Notes: a model not told the origin generated them from the letters alone. Counted from the stretch's first letter, positions 1 to 14,083 are shown. The stretch is 64,000 nucleotides of DNA from Eledone cirrhosa (GCA_964016885.1 OZ024742.1:351044001-351108000); one strand, 5' to 3'. Made by a program: numbers and translations.

Positions 1-2019
1 CAATATACATAAACATTGAACGATGAGTGCGTTACACTCTCTTATGTAATCAGTAACGTAATCTGTGATACATTAAAAAAAGACGATATTATATCTAAAC
101 TGCATTAGGAGAAAATTAGTGACGGAAATATACGAATTTTTATTTAAGCGATCGCTAACCGGAAGTGTTGACATTTGCAAATTTTAAAGAAGTGAATCTT
201 AAAATAACCAACAAAATTATTCATATTTAATCAAGAATAACGAAATTTAGTAGATAAATTATGCAATATTCATTCGTTATTTATTCAAAGTAATCCAGCT
301 TATTTTACAATTGGGATAAAAACATATATTCTGGACGCAGTCACGGACTCCTTACTTTATTATAGTTTAGATGCTGGATGTTATCAAGAAATATACTTGG
401 AGAAATCTCTAATAAAATACTGACATGAACAAGTACAGGTTAGGTACTTTTGTTATATCAATCGTCACGAAAATCCCGAGGCACAGTAGCGGATGGGAAA
501 ATATGTTTCACTAATCACTTTATATGGCAGTTATATAATTAGTATGTAAAAGGAATACTGAGATGAAGAACAACAGGAAGAAAAAGGAGCCACAAAAATT
601 GAGGGGCGACATTTCATCCTACTCCTGTAATATTACGAGTTACATTAATATCCTTTTAATCTTAATCATACTTCTTTCATGGTGTATTTCCATTCCCATC
701 ATCATCATCTGTAGCATGACAACCACTACCCGTGTAATACCGTATTTTACATTCAAACGTAATAACGATAAACTTGACGGGTCTCTTTGCAATTATACAG
801 TTTACACATTATTGAAGGTTGATGTGTCAAATTCTCTCCGAAACGTAGTGAATTTCATATTTAAATGAGCTCGCTAAGACGCTCACACTCAGGCAAGTAA
901 TAGAACTTTGTTAGTTAAATTATCATATAATCATATATTCTGTATAATGTTTATGCAAATTGTTCTGTGTCACATTTTGAAAAGATTTCTCAGATATTGT
1001 TTATTGACTAAATACAAAATAATCTAGATAATAAAACAACTCCATAATAATTTACAAAACATATTTATTTCTAAATAATCAAATATGAATATTGAATCTT
1101 CTATTATCTTGGAACTACTCTATATCTTAAACATTGCTACTGATATAATAATACATGTTTTACTAATAAAGAGAGGAAACAATCCATTGGAAATCTACAA
1201 TATTTAGGAGTAATTTGTGTTTTATTTATAAAACATTATTTTGAATGAAATAATTTTCTATTGAAATATGAAAGTTTCCTTCTAATGTATTTAGTCCTGT
1301 TAAATATTGCTTGTGTGCTTTGCTGGAAATGTGAAATAGTATGCTTAAATAAATGATAGAAATATAATATATTCTGACAAACGTCCTTGTCAAGGTCAAC
1401 GACTTTATGTTACAAAACATTTCAACTTGCATTACAGAGTTGGGTGCATCATTCCTCATGCTATTTTTGAATATGATTATACTATTGTTTAAAGGTAAAT
1501 AAGCTTCAACATAATCCGATAAAATAATCGAGAATGTATTCTAATTTCAGACTTGGTCTATGAAACAATTATCGATAAATATAAAGGAGTTATTTATATA
1601 GTCAACTTACGTAATTCAACATTTCATTTAATAATATTCACAATATAGAAACCGGTGGCATGATTTCAAACTTTTCAAGTATTGTATTATATACACATGC
1701 TATTCAAAGAATCGCGTTATGTGGGCGACATCCTTGATAGTAGTTTTCAGGCTCATATAATAAAAATCACGCTGGTATGCAGTTATTACATTCACGATTT
1801 TTAATAAGACGTATGGATCAGTATTATAACAGATTTGCTGGGGCAACATCTATTAACTATTCATGGGAGGATATTATTCAACATTAAAGCATAAATGACA
1901 ATATTTGATACAGTAAATCAAAAAGTATTTCGATTCATCCTTATTATAAATTATAAGAAGATAACTTTAACTAATTTATAAATCTGTTGTAATGTTGCAA
2001 CCGTACAAAAGAGAGAGCT

Positions 2020-2262
2020 CTCTGTCAGGAAGGTATAAGGAATTTTGAGAAATCTCGTTTAGCTCACCTCCGCCAGATAAGATCTAATACCAAAGTCCGG
2101 TCAGGCATTCTAGTCTGCTCTGTTCGAGAACATGTCACCCGCACCGAATGTGAAGTGATGTGCAAATCAGCAGCTGGACTGAAGTGCCATTTAAGGCATA
2201 AACATAAAACAATGAACTGAAAAGACTGTCGGACCACGCATACGTTGAATCGACGGGAGAGT

Positions 2263-2265
<3 letters not shown>
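2020..2265 (+). mobile_element. Probable 3' remnant of an RTE-clade LINE
   Basis: Translates to ..TECEVMCKSAAGLKCHLRHKH, a degenerate C2H2 finger like those ending RTE ORFs; followed by (TA)n. Confidence 0.4.
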
Positions 2266-2306
<41 letters not shown>

Positions 2307-2311
<5 letters not shown>

Positions 2312-2976
2312 TTAAAAATGAGAAGAAAGCATGAACGGGAGAAAATTTCCTTCATCAGTTGTCTGGTTCGGGCTTCGGATATTTCTACGCATTAAAGACA
2401 AGATATCTCGCCCCAGTGCGTTCAATAACTATGGTAAGTTATTTGGAAAACAAAGGAGGGAGAGAAAGAAAGTATAGGATAAAGGAAGGGAGAAGGGGAG
2501 AAACGAGAAAAGAGGAAAACAGCGAAAAAGAGCGAAAATAAAATACAGCCTGATAAAAAATCGAAAAAAAAAAACGGGAAACAACAAACCGAAGAGTGTG
2601 TGAGCAACTCGATGAGGGAAAATTAAAGTCAACATCAATTACTGATCAGAAGTTCTATATTGTGCGGACGGGAAAAAAGACAGTGCAGACCTCTACGAGT
2701 GCAACTGAGAAAAGAGACTACCAGAGGGCCAGGCGCGGGAAACAATGAGGTGGCTAGCAGAGAGAGGGGGAGTGAGAGTGAGAGGGAGAAAGGAGAGAAA
2801 GAAAGAGGGGGAGAGTAAATAGCAACAAAATAGGTAAGTAGAAGGAGAGAGAAGACAGGTCACAGTGAAACATGATAAAATATGTGGAGAAGAGAGGAAG
2901 CTGTGTAGTTCTGGATAAGGTATACTGAAAAATAAGAAAGCATGAACGGGATGCTTTCTTCTTAATTTTAAGTATA
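2307..2976 (-). mobile_element. PLE-derived non-coding fragment with short terminal inverted repeat
   Basis: tatacttaaaaatgagaagaaagcat (~2307) is inverted at ~2951-2976; agaaagcatgaacggga occurs directly at ~2324 and ~2935; abuts (TA)n; minus strand has GAAATATC-N19-CTGATGAAGG. Confidence 0.5.
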
Positions 2977-3224
2977 CCTTATCAAGCAACTACACACACA
3001 CATATATACATATATAATAAAGAGGGTGTTCTAAGATACCAAGTGGACTATAAGTCACCAGAGGACTCAATACTTATGGTAGTAGAGTAGGTAATATGTA
3101 TATAAAGAGAGATAGAGAGAGAGAGGGAGGAGCAAGTGAGAGGGAGAGAGAAAAGGAGATAGATAGATATTCCCATACATACGTACAGCTCTATCTAGTA
3201 AAAGTCTAAAGGCTGTCTCAAGAC

Positions 3225-3480
3225 AGGAGGCTTATCAGCTCTGCGGTTATTCCGGTTTAGTGGTGTGAAGCGACTAGGAGTACATACACGAGACCACCAC
3301 CTCTGGACAGGAAGCCAGACAACCGCAGGGTTGAGCCACCAGCTATTGCTGATACTGAGCATCCTGAAACAACGGGAAATTAAATACATTGTTCCCGAAA
3401 ACAACAACCAACCCAGCCCAGGATTCGAACACACGGCGTTCTCATCGTACGTCCAACACCCTTACCACTAGGCAACGATC
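3225..3480 (-). mobile_element. tRNA-derived SINE (second family)
   Basis: Minus strand starts with A box TGCCTAGTGG and B box GTTCGAATCC, then a non-tRNA body. Confidence 0.6.
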
Positions 3481-3523
3481 TCATATATACACACACACGT
3501 ACACATACACACACCGAGGGATG

Positions 3524-3569
<46 letters not shown>

Positions 3570-3578
<9 letters not shown>

Positions 3579-3662
3579 AGTAGAGGTGTGACACACGAGT
3601 TGTGATATATTAGTAAAAAAGAAAAATAGTTTAATTAGGAATAAGTATTAGTTAGTATTCAG

Positions 3663-3668
<6 letters not shown>
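3570..3668 (-). mobile_element. PLE family A 3'-tail fragment between (TA)n tracts
   Basis: tagaggtgtgacacac..gtttaattaggaataa..ttagtattcagtt matches 32757-32900 and 15465-15700. Confidence 0.55.
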
Positions 3669-3752
<84 letters not shown>

Positions 3753-3753
<1 letters not shown>

Positions 3754-4063
3754 GGGTAAATATTGATACAATTCAATTCAAGCACTCAACGTACTTTTTC
3801 CACATAGGAGTGACGGGGTTTATCTTATTTTTTGTTTCCGTGTATTTATCCTGCCCAAAGTTACTATTATGTCCGTCCAGTGTCAGAGGTTTTCATCCCC
3901 ATGGTAGAGGGAATTTCCGGGGTAGCTCTTGGTTGGTTCCTCTCTTCTCCACCATATCGGTTACATCATAGAGCGCTCAACTAATCGGAGCTAAATTATT
4001 AGGGTAAATATTGATGCAATTCAATTCAAGCACTCAACGTACTTTTTCCACATAGGAGTGACG
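3753..4063 (+). repeat. ~63-bp direct repeat of family B tail sequence
   Basis: agggtaaatattgat..gcactcaacgtactttttccacataggagtgacgg at 3753-3815 and 4001-4063; homologue at ~30152-30213. Confidence 0.8.
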
Positions 4064-4125
4064 GAGTAAATATCGAATAAGGAAAAGCGAAGTAGTTTCA
4101 GATGTTGAAGTCCTTTAATAATAAT

Positions 4126-4199
4126 GCTGTGATATATATTTCAATGACGACACTGGCCACACTGTTCTGTGTGCGAGTGTCGTGTCATGATCAGACAGC
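4126..4199 (-). ncRNA. Hammerhead copy with G8C core mutation, probably inactive
   Basis: Reverse complement of 4707-4782, but the core reads CTGATCA. Confidence 0.55.
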
Positions 4200-4706
4200 T
4201 TGTTACATAATAAGGTTATGTTTCCGAGGCAATCCAAATTGAATTGACATGGGACCGGATGAAGTTCGTGCTTTTTGGTTTTTCATCCGTTCCCTTGTGA
4301 GTACCAATTCACACCCACCGGTCTGCGCAAGCGCATGTCCGAAGGAAGTTGACCATTAGCCACCGCAGATTTCAACGAAATTCGCTTAGTCAGTTCAACC
4401 TCTCGGCCAAAACAATGGCCCACCTATGCCCTACCATGGTTTACTGCTACCCATCACGAATGTGGCCATATGTGGGCCATAGGTGGGTCATTGTTTTGGC
4501 CGAGAGGGTGAACTGACTAAGCGAATTTCGTTGAAATCTGCGGTGGCTAATGGTCAACTTCCTTCGGACATGCGCTTGCGCAGACCGGTGGGGGTGAATT
4601 GGTACTCACAAGGGAACGGATGAAAATCCCAAAAGCACGAACTTCATCCGTTCCCATGCCGATTCAATTTGGATTGCCTCGGAAACATAACCTTATTATA
4701 TAACAA

Positions 4707-4782
4707 GCTGTCTGATGATGACACGACACTCGCACACAGAACAGTGTGGCCAGTGTCGTCATTGAAATATATATATCACAGC
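4707..4782 (+). ncRNA. Type I hammerhead ribozyme (family B)
   Basis: gctgt-CTGATGA-45-nt stem II (tgac..gtca)-GAA-ATATATATAT-C-acagc; stem I gctgt/acagc; predicted cleavage after AUC at 4777. Confidence 0.75.
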
Positions 4783-4824
4783 ATTATTATTAAAGGACTT
4801 GAACATCTGAAACTATTTCGCTAT

Positions 4825-4894
<70 letters not shown>

Positions 4895-7084
4895 TATATA
4901 TATAGTGAGAGAGAGAGAGTAACAGAGAGAGAGAGAGAGAAAGACAGAGAGAAAGAGGGAAAGGGCCGATTATATATATATATATATATGTTGTATTCCA
5001 AATTTCTAAATATTACATGACCGAACAGCTGCAGTATTTGGAGTATACGTTTCAGAAAATGTAATTATGCTTTTATTAAACCAAACATTTCTGCAGATAA
5101 GTTACTATTCTCTAACGTTACTAATTTTCGTATTATATTTCGCCAAACCCAATCTCCTTCATATACACATGGAAACTATCAATTCATCTTGATAGTATTT
5201 GAGTAGCTGAAATATGAGTTTAGTTTTAAAATAATAGCTTCTATATAAAATAATGTGTGTTCTTATTTCGCTTTACTTTTACTTCATTTCTGTAAATCTA
5301 TTATCAGTGTCAAACATTTATTTTCAAATTAAATTCAATATATGAATCTTTGTACTCGGTGTATCCTTCATCCGACAGATAATATTATCTAATTGGTGCC
5401 CCCCTCCCCCCTCCATCAGTATTAGATACCCATACACACAAAAAAGAGAACAATGACATTGACAACAACAACCAACACATCCAAATATAAAATAACAACT
5501 ACAATACAAGAGAAAGCATTTATTAATAAACATTTCGAATTTCGTGTTATTATTTTTGCTATATATAACTAAGTTATAACAAATTTCATTTAATTCTTCG
5601 TATAACGAGCATGCTGCTATGCATTCTACTGTGGGCTACATGTAGGCCGGGGTAATGTATTACGACTAGATTATTTTCACTACATAATTTGGTGCAATGC
5701 GTTGAAAATTTCAGATACTAAGTAGCTTGAATTGATATTACATGTCATTCTCTGCTGGAAAAATACTCTCTATGTAATATAATGGAGATGGAAATAAACT
5801 TGGTGTCATTATATCATTTACAAAATTCATATACAAAACAAAGCGCGTATCTAATCATATCGATTTTTAACAATTGAACAGGACGAGTCCAGGTTTGTAG
5901 CAGGGTATGGTTTCGGAGATATTTGTTTTAGAAATGAATTTTCTATTAGAATTATCTCATTTCTGTGGTATAATAATACGTTTGTTTATAATTACTTTAT
6001 AATTCAATTGAAATCTATTATCTGATAATTATAGAAATCGTTTTAGCAAGTGAGATATCAAAACAAATAAATATATGAGCAAGTTGACGGAGCTACATAA
6101 AAACATAAAACTAAAAAATGTTTTACAGATTAAATAACTGTTCCGAGCAGACACAATTATTTGTTGTCGTACATGAAAATGAGGATTACATGTGTGTTTT
6201 AAATTTCATTAACACTAAATTATATAGCTAAGGTTATCAAGTAAATCTAATTGTATAGTGACACTAAAAGCTGATTTACAAGGAATCCTTTGTCGTCACA
6301 TTGAGTTGGAATTATATTAAGCATGAAATAAATGATCATTTTTGTGTGCGCGCGCAGGGCAACAGGTTCGAAGATATAAATTATGATAGATTGAATGAAG
6401 TTAATCCAAGGGAAATATCACATTTATTTTCCAGAACATATCCTGGAAATTTCTAAACAGTACACGCAATATTTTAAAATATAATTTTAACAAAGAACCT
6501 TTAGACATACTGCAAAAAGTGACATAACTAACTCACCCATTATGTTTAGAGTTACTTTGGAAGAAAGAACTGAGGCCATTGTATTCTTACAGGTATCATA
6601 TTGCCATGTTTGCAATACTGTTCATTGAATATATATTCAAAGTACGATAAATTTAGAAATAATTGTATTCGATACAGTAGAGCTAATAATCATAGTTATC
6701 AACAATGTTATAGTCTTAAAAGTTGAAACATTGTGTCTTGTATTGAGGTCACACACGCAAATATAAATTGTATGATATTCAGAATTTAGACTCCCAATAA
6801 AATAAACGATGCGATTAGGCTACGTTTGTTATCACTACACAAGTAGAAAGATGGGAGAATCAGGTAAATATCGACCCAGAAAGCCCCATTCATCGAACAT
6901 GTAACCAAATGCTTTTCACAATGAAGGTAGCGTTTTCATTTCAAATTCTAGTTACTCTGGAGATTTAGCTGTTCGTAACAGGGACTGATGAGCGTCTGGT
7001 AAACAGACGAATCTCCAGAGTAACAAGATTTAATTTTAGCCTTAATTGAGATGAATATTAAATTCCACTTCGGTACAATAAGTT

Positions 7085-7460
7085 TCAGCAGCCGCAACCT
7101 GGTGCAGTCTGCGACTAACCCAGGTCCTGCTGCACGTCGGGCTGAGGAGGCCAAACTCTTCAAATACCGGTCGCTCTCCGACAGGTTTGCTGTTTTACCC
7201 TTGGCAGTGGAGACTTCAGGTGTCCTCGGTCCTAGGGCTACCTCCCTACTCACCACCATAGGCGCTGAGCTGGCTACCTGTAGCAGTGGAGACTTCAGGT
7301 GTCCTCGGTCCTAGGGCTACCTCCCTACTCACCACCATAGGCGCTGAGATGGCCAACCGCAGGTGTGAGCCTCACGAGCTGGAATGACTTTTTTCCAGCG
7401 CGCCCATTCTCCGGGGAAACGCCTTCTCCATTCTGTCTCCCGGGGCTGTGGGGAGGCCAC
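7085..7460 (+). mobile_element. 5'-truncated CRE-like (RLE) non-LTR fragment with internal duplication
   Basis: SRNLVQSATNPGPAARRAEEAKLFKY..LAVETSGVLGP is near-identical to 31425-31715; ~65-bp segment duplicated at 7204 and 7283. Confidence 0.8.
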
Positions 7461-7622
7461 CACTATGATTGACTGACTTGTCATTTCATGGGTCTTATAT
7501 TTACCAACTATGACCATTTTTTTTTGTGGGGAAGGAACGATATGTGTACAGCGACTTCTACCAACACTACTTATAATAGAAATAATAGGATTAACGACAA
7601 TAAAAATGATCATTATTTTCCT

Positions 7623-7803
7623 TTGGCAGTATCGGTAGATGGTCGGACGCCATGCTTTCCAGCATAGTTACGTCCCTTTACGATCTGAGTTCAAATCCCG
7701 CTCAGGTTGACTTTGCCTTTCATCCTTACGGGGTCGATAAAATAAAGTACCAGTAATGAACTGGGTAATTGCTGGCCTTGTGCCTAAAGTAGAAACAATT
7801 ATT
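7623..7803 (+). mobile_element. tRNA-derived SINE (main family)
   Basis: A box TGGCAGTATCGG, B box GAGTTCAAATCC, core gttgactttgcctttcatccttacggggtcgataaaataaagtaccag (resembles the Meta/Sauria-SINE core), 3' end gtagaaacaatt. Confidence 0.9.
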
Positions 7804-7821
7804 TTCCTTTATACCAGAAAT

Positions 7822-8100
7822 GTGGAGACGTGTGGCATAATGGTAAAGTTATTCGACCTACGATCATAAGTTCGTGTGTTCGATTCCCGGCCTCTGATGT
7901 TGTGTGTTGTGTGTTGTGTTCTTGAGATCTTGTGAAAAACACTTCATTTCACTTTGCTCCAGTATACTCAGCTGAAATGAGTACCAACTATAGCTGGGGC
8001 TGTAACGCTGAGACTGGAGTCTTGTCCAGGGGAAAGTTCTGTATGCTCAGGCACTTCATGTCACGAAATAGGGAGAAGCAGCAGCCTGACCAGCCTTCTG
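7822..8100 (+). mobile_element. tRNA-derived SINE (another family)
   Basis: TGGCATAATGG..GTTCGATTCC head, then a SINE-type body (actcagctgaaatgagtacc; gtccagggg). Confidence 0.6.
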
Positions 8101-8925
8101 AACTCAGACAGACTTTTGATAAAAAAGGTATATTTTAAATCGTAATTAATAATTCTCTTCATATAAATAAAAATAATCATTTTTGATATAAACATGCCTA
8201 ATACCTTTTTAATAAACGTAACGTAGATGAGATTATATTCTAAGGAGGAATGGAACAGAAAAATCATTTAATGAGAATTAGATATATTTTGTGAATAGAT
8301 GGCAAAGCTGTTATCAGAAGACTATTATATCACGAGAATTCGAAGGAATCCCAGATATAATATCATATATAATATTGATAAAACTACATATAATCAAAAG
8401 TATAAAACCAAAAGACCTAATTCTTTGCAACATTGCTAGACAACAAAGGCGTCTGTCAAGAAACTGAATCAATTCTTTTTATTGTACAGAACAACACTTG
8501 ATCAACCTCACTTGAAGGAATTGTAATATAATATACATTAGCGTATCATAGAATGTTTTCAAATAAGATATCAAAAAGTTCTATTTAAAATGATATTCAT
8601 CAATCCTTAGGAAACAATATCTTCGATGAATGATATCAAGTCAGATTTTGATATGATGTGCATAAACTGAAATATCTTAAAATAAAATGAAAGCAATTAG
8701 AATTGAATCGCTTTTAAACCATTTTTGAAAGTAAAACAAAATCCCCAAATAAACAGGATACAAAATCAATGAAGATCAAGGTGAATTCAGGGGTAGACCC
8801 AGACGCTCATGGAAAGAGGATCGCCAACAAATACAGAGAGACAAGCACATACACAACACACTCATACACACACACACACACACGCATACACACACACCCA
8901 CATACACACACGCATACACACACAC

Positions 8926-8991
<66 letters not shown>

Positions 8992-9038
8992 TATTTAATA
9001 TATGTGATATTTCGGGGCTAATAACATAGTTTCAAACA

Positions 9039-9103
<65 letters not shown>

Positions 9104-9153
9104 ATGAATGAAGAGTAACATAGTTGGCTGTACAAGAAGGGGCTTTATTTCAG

Positions 9154-9264
9154 GTATTGACAATTGTTTCATTGATCAGGTGAGTCTAGAGGTCGCCAAT
9201 CGCTCGGAATTGCGTCACTCGACCACCATTACATTTTTTACCTCTGATCAACTCATCAGAATAT
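9154..9264 (-). ncRNA. Type I hammerhead with ~82-nt stem II domain
   Basis: tatt-CTGATGA-gttgatcag..ctgatcaat-GAA-ACAATTGT-C-aata; GUC cleavage triplet. Confidence 0.75.
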
Positions 9265-9360
9265 CAAAAGAATTCGCTCAAGGCAAGTTATATATAGAGA
9301 AATAGCATATAATCAAAATAATAACATCAATAATAAAATATATATGATAAATAGGTAGAG

Positions 9361-9725
9361 AAATATTCGAGTATGGTGTACCTGTGTACTATAAATTCAG
9401 GCGACTCTACTTGGCACTACATAGGTTACACGGCTGGGGAGTTCAAGTAAAGGTGGTACGTCCACAGACACTCCATGAAGAACCGTAGACTGGAGAACTC
9501 TACGACGCTCGCCAATATAATCTGGCAGCTTAAAAACACAAACCAGGGATATAGGATTAGCTGGTCAAAATTATCGGGAGCAAGGGCCTACGACAATGGG
9601 ATGTCCCACTGCCGACTTTGTAATATGGAGCTATTCTATAGTTTAAGGTACGATAAGATGCTGCTTAACAGCAAAATAGAAAGGTCAATTTTCTGAAGGC
9701 ATAAAATAGCTACCAAGTTCGAGCC
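9361..9725 (+). pseudogene. PLE GIY-YIG endonuclease remnant
   Basis: MVYLCTINSGDSTWHYIGYTAGEFK*RW..TTLANIIWQLK..CRLCNMEL..LLNSKIERSIF*RHK; VY/YIG motif; two in-frame stops. Confidence 0.85.
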
Positions 9726-10355
9726 AGCAATCCCAAAATTAGAACTGAACCACCTGAATTTTAACATATGGAATACACACCATCACATCGCTATTCGCTG
9801 TCTAACGGCCAACTGGTCACTAGATCATAAATCTCTTAAAATCTCTTTCACCTCTCTCCCTGAAACAGCTTCAACCCCATTAAGACAAGACAATTAGAAA
9901 AACATTTACCACGCACATTTGTCAAACCTCCCTTCCCAATCCACCCTTAGCCCTTAAATCTCATACTAGTATCTCCCAATTAATCTCTAATTTATTGCTT
10001 TTTTTCTTTTATCTGCCACTATACCAGGCTCTCTACACGTATCTATGTATGTTTCGAATATGACTTTTCATGTTAGTACTAATCCCACCACAGAATCCTT
10101 ATACACACATTTACTCATCACTACTACCATATTCTGCACTTACATGCTCTCACTCATACTTATTTCTTTATATTTTTCCATTTTCTTACATTTTTATTGT
10201 ATCTTTTTTCTTATTATTTACGTTTTACTTTTTACATCTGTAACTTCTCTATTTATCATATATATTTATCTATCATATATATTTTATTATTGATGTTATT
10301 GTTTTGATTATACGCTTTTTCTCTATATATAACTTGCCCTGAGTGAATTGTTTTT

Positions 10356-10466
10356 GTATTCTGATGAGATGGTCAGAGGTAAATAAGGTAATGTAGATCG
10401 AGTAACGCAACTTCGAGTGATTGGCGTCCTCTAGACTCACCTGGTCAATGAAACAATTGTTAATAC
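10356..10466 (+). ncRNA. Type I hammerhead, sense copy of 9154-9264
   Basis: gtatt-CTGATGA-N82-GAA-ACAATTGT-T-aatac; stem I gtatt/aatac; GUU triplet. Confidence 0.7.
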
Positions 10467-10672
10467 CTGAATAAAACCCCTTGTGCTACAGCCAACCATG
10501 TTACTCTTCACTATTATTACTCCAAGTATAACCTACACAGGAATTACCGCGAACTCGCTGCCTAACTATGGAAACATTTTGTTGAGTCAAACAAAGCCGT
10601 ACGTTAAAACTATCCACGACGCAGAGAACACAGGACCTCTAACTGGATTACCTATAACGATAACTTGTTACC

Positions 10673-10825
<153 letters not shown>

Positions 10826-10917
10826 CGTACATATACATACGCATACATATATATATATATACCTACATACACATACATACATGCTTACATACCTACTTAT
10901 ATACACACACACACACA

Positions 10918-10961
<44 letters not shown>

Positions 10962-10973
10962 CGTGTGTGTGTC

Positions 10974-11050
<77 letters not shown>

Positions 11051-11338
11051 CTCAATTTAATTACAATTAATCCAACTACTGAATAATAGTCTGCATATTG
11101 CTGTCAAACACCTGAAGTGATAACTCATGAAATATAGATAGACTAATAGAGATCAACGATCAAAAGACGCTAAATCTAAATCTAAATATATTGTATTGTA
11201 TTTCAAAACCATAAAATTCGCGGTTTACATTAAAAGAAAATGAATATGTAATACTTAAGAGATGAAGCTGGCATTTGCATGCCTGTTATGCGGTGAAATA
11301 CAATGGAATATCAATGTGAAGAAGATATGTACAGGGCA

Positions 11339-11384
<46 letters not shown>

Positions 11385-11654
11385 TATTAATGAATTTCGT
11401 GACGTCTCTGAAAACCTATTCCTTTTTATAGACGTCGAAATATATATTGGAGCCGAGACACCAACATATTTAGATAATGGTTATTTTCATATTGGAATTA
11501 AATTTATAGTGATCTAGAATCTTGGCTTGGGTCGGTCGGTCATCGATAATGTATATTGTGTTTTTAATTAAACGACGTCCGCCAGGAAATCTGTGTTCCA
11601 TTCCATTTAATACGACATACATGAAACTGCAACAACTCTTATAAATAGAACGTC

Positions 11655-11935
11655 AACAACAACAGTTACTACAGCTACTTCCCCATTTATTGCTTTTACT
11701 ACCAATACTACTACTGCCACTATCAGCACCACGGCCACATTCACCACTACCATTACCGATACTAGTACCACTACCACTATCAACACTACCATTACCACAA
11801 ATAACACTACCACAGCTACTACTGCCACTATCAGCACTACGGCCACTTTCACCACTACCACTACCAATACTAGCACCTCTACCACTATCACCACTACCAT
11901 TACCACAACTAACATTACCACAACTACTACTATTA
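11655..11935. repeat. ACT/ACC-rich degenerate trinucleotide repeat with 108-bp duplication
   Basis: actgccactatcagcac recurs at 11713 and 11821. Confidence 0.8.
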
Positions 11936-12655
11936 CTAGAATAGCTGGTTTGTAATGAGGTACAGTTAAGTGGTTGCTGAAATGCCTTCCAAATTCCAAC
12001 AGAGTTTATATCAAAACACGGTCAATTTCAACGTGACACGGCCGAATCAAACGAAGAGCCACAATACATTACACCAGAATTCAATGGTAATGGCAGTCTA
12101 TAAACATTCGAAGAACAGACACTATAAACATACGAAGAACCGACTTTATATAATTTTAAGGAGGTAAGGAACAGTGAACTTCCCATATTTGGGGTTCGCA
12201 CAAAGACGTAATTTTTAGAGTAATATTATAAATTAAGAGCAAATACTCCAGCATAAGTTTAGTAAGAAGGGGAGTGAACCGGCGCCCCAGACCGTGTATA
12301 TGGCATTGTTACGTGTATTGTTCGACTTAAAATTGTCTCTGTTGGAGAATGTTATCTCTATGAGAATTTTCGACTTACTACAATATATACAACATAGTTT
12401 TCTGACTTCTACGAAGAAATGCATATTCATTCTCATACACAAATCGTGAAGATATCCACAAAAAACCTACATGTATATACATATAAATCTTCCTATTGCT
12501 ATTGAAATATCACTGATAAAGAAGATGACATTTCTCTCCAACTTCTTAGATATTGATTTTGGCATTCAGACAGATGTAATCTCAATATCAAGTTGCACGA
12601 TATAGAAAAATGTAACACAAATAGTTTTCAGATGCATACAGATATTCATGTACAG

Positions 12656-12729
<74 letters not shown>

Positions 12730-12761
12730 ATATAATATATACATTGTATATATATGTGTAT

Positions 12762-12794
<33 letters not shown>

Positions 12795-12796
12795 TG

Positions 12797-12834
<38 letters not shown>

Positions 12835-13060
12835 TCAGTATGTCATGCTGGTTGGATCATGTTTATGGTTAATAGCTGGTTTACTATTATCTAGCTGCAT
12901 GGAAATATGGTTTCCATATTTCATATTGATTGTAAAAACATGAATTCAAAAGAAGCGAATGGCTAACTGCTTCGTGTTAAAAGACTAAAAGTGCAGCTAT
13001 CGTCAACTCTTCCTCTCTTTCCTAATGTGCCTCGTACGCCCTCTTTCAGTAATATAATAT

Positions 13061-13250
13061 AATTGTTTCTACATTTGGCACAAGGCCAGCAATTATCCCA
13101 GTGTATTACTGGTACTTTATTTTATCGACCCCGTAAGGATGAAAGGCAAAGTTAACCTCGGTGGGATTTGAACTCAGACCGTAAAGGGACGTAACTCTTT
13201 GCTAGAAAGCATGGCGTCCGACCCTCTACCAATACTGCCAATCCACGCCC
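13061..13250 (-). mobile_element. Main SINE copy
   Basis: Reverse complement of 7623-7803. Confidence 0.9.
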
Positions 13251-13309
13251 TATATATAATATATATATAATATTTCAGTTATATAATATAATATAATATA
13301 GATATACAT

Positions 13310-13371
<62 letters not shown>

Positions 13372-13378
13372 TATATAT

Positions 13379-13561
13379 AATTGTTTCTACTTTAGGCATA
13401 AGGCCAGCAATTTACCAGTGCATTACTGGTACTTCATTTTATCGACCCCGTAAGGATGAAAGGCAAAGTCAACCTCGGCGGGATTTGAACTCAGATCGTA
13501 AAGTGACGTAACTATGCTGGAATGCATGGCGTCCGACCCTCTACCGATACTGCCAATCCAC
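13379..13561 (-). mobile_element. Main SINE copy
   Basis: Reverse complement of 7623-7803. Confidence 0.9.
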
Positions 13562-13661
13562 AATGTAGGTATTTAAGCATGTATGTATATATGTATATAT
13601 ATGTATATATATATATTTAATGTAGATATTTAAGCATTTATGTGTATATATATGTATATGT

Positions 13662-13743
<82 letters not shown>

Positions 13744-13760
13744 ATATATATGTGTATATG

Positions 13761-13811
<51 letters not shown>

Positions 13812-14035
13812 ATTTATATATAACATATATCTATATATATATATAGTTAAAAGAATAGAGGTGTAACACACACAGTTGCTCGATAATTTCTTCATTCTTT
13901 GCTTCCATATATATATATATATATATATAGAGAGAAAATTGAGGTTGGTAATGGCACATGGAATATATAAGAGACATAATACTTTTTTGTGAAAAAACAT
14001 AATTTTATAAGGTAAGGAAATAATAAAGGGTATAA

Positions 14036-14083
14036 AAAATGACCGGTTTCGATGGGTCTGCAAAAGCCATCTTTTCAAATGTT
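14036..14083 (-). ncRNA. U3-A8 hammerhead variant (family E, inverted copy)
   Basis: Identical reverse complement of 15116-15163. Confidence 0.6.

Larger units (their letters stand above)
3955..4822. mobile_element. PLE family B non-autonomous hairpin
   Basis: Inverted arms ~4086-4430 and ~4476-4822, near-identical, ~45-bp loop; ~130-bp tail on the left arm only; homologous to the ends of 30105-32252. Confidence 0.85.

Noticed and set aside
6951-7024. Small hairpin containing gga-CTGATGA-gcgtctg..cagac-GAATC-tcc
   Set aside because: No GAAA or stem III; at most a broken hammerhead relic, so not called.
3400-7890. tRNA genes at the A/B-box motifs (3400-3480, 7623-7700, 7830-7890)
   Set aside because: No complete cloverleaf; each continues into a SINE body.
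11607-11999. Val-rich 130-aa ORF, or a Thr-rich mucin-like frame on the other strand
   Set aside because: Degenerate trinucleotide repeat; no splice or domain evidence.
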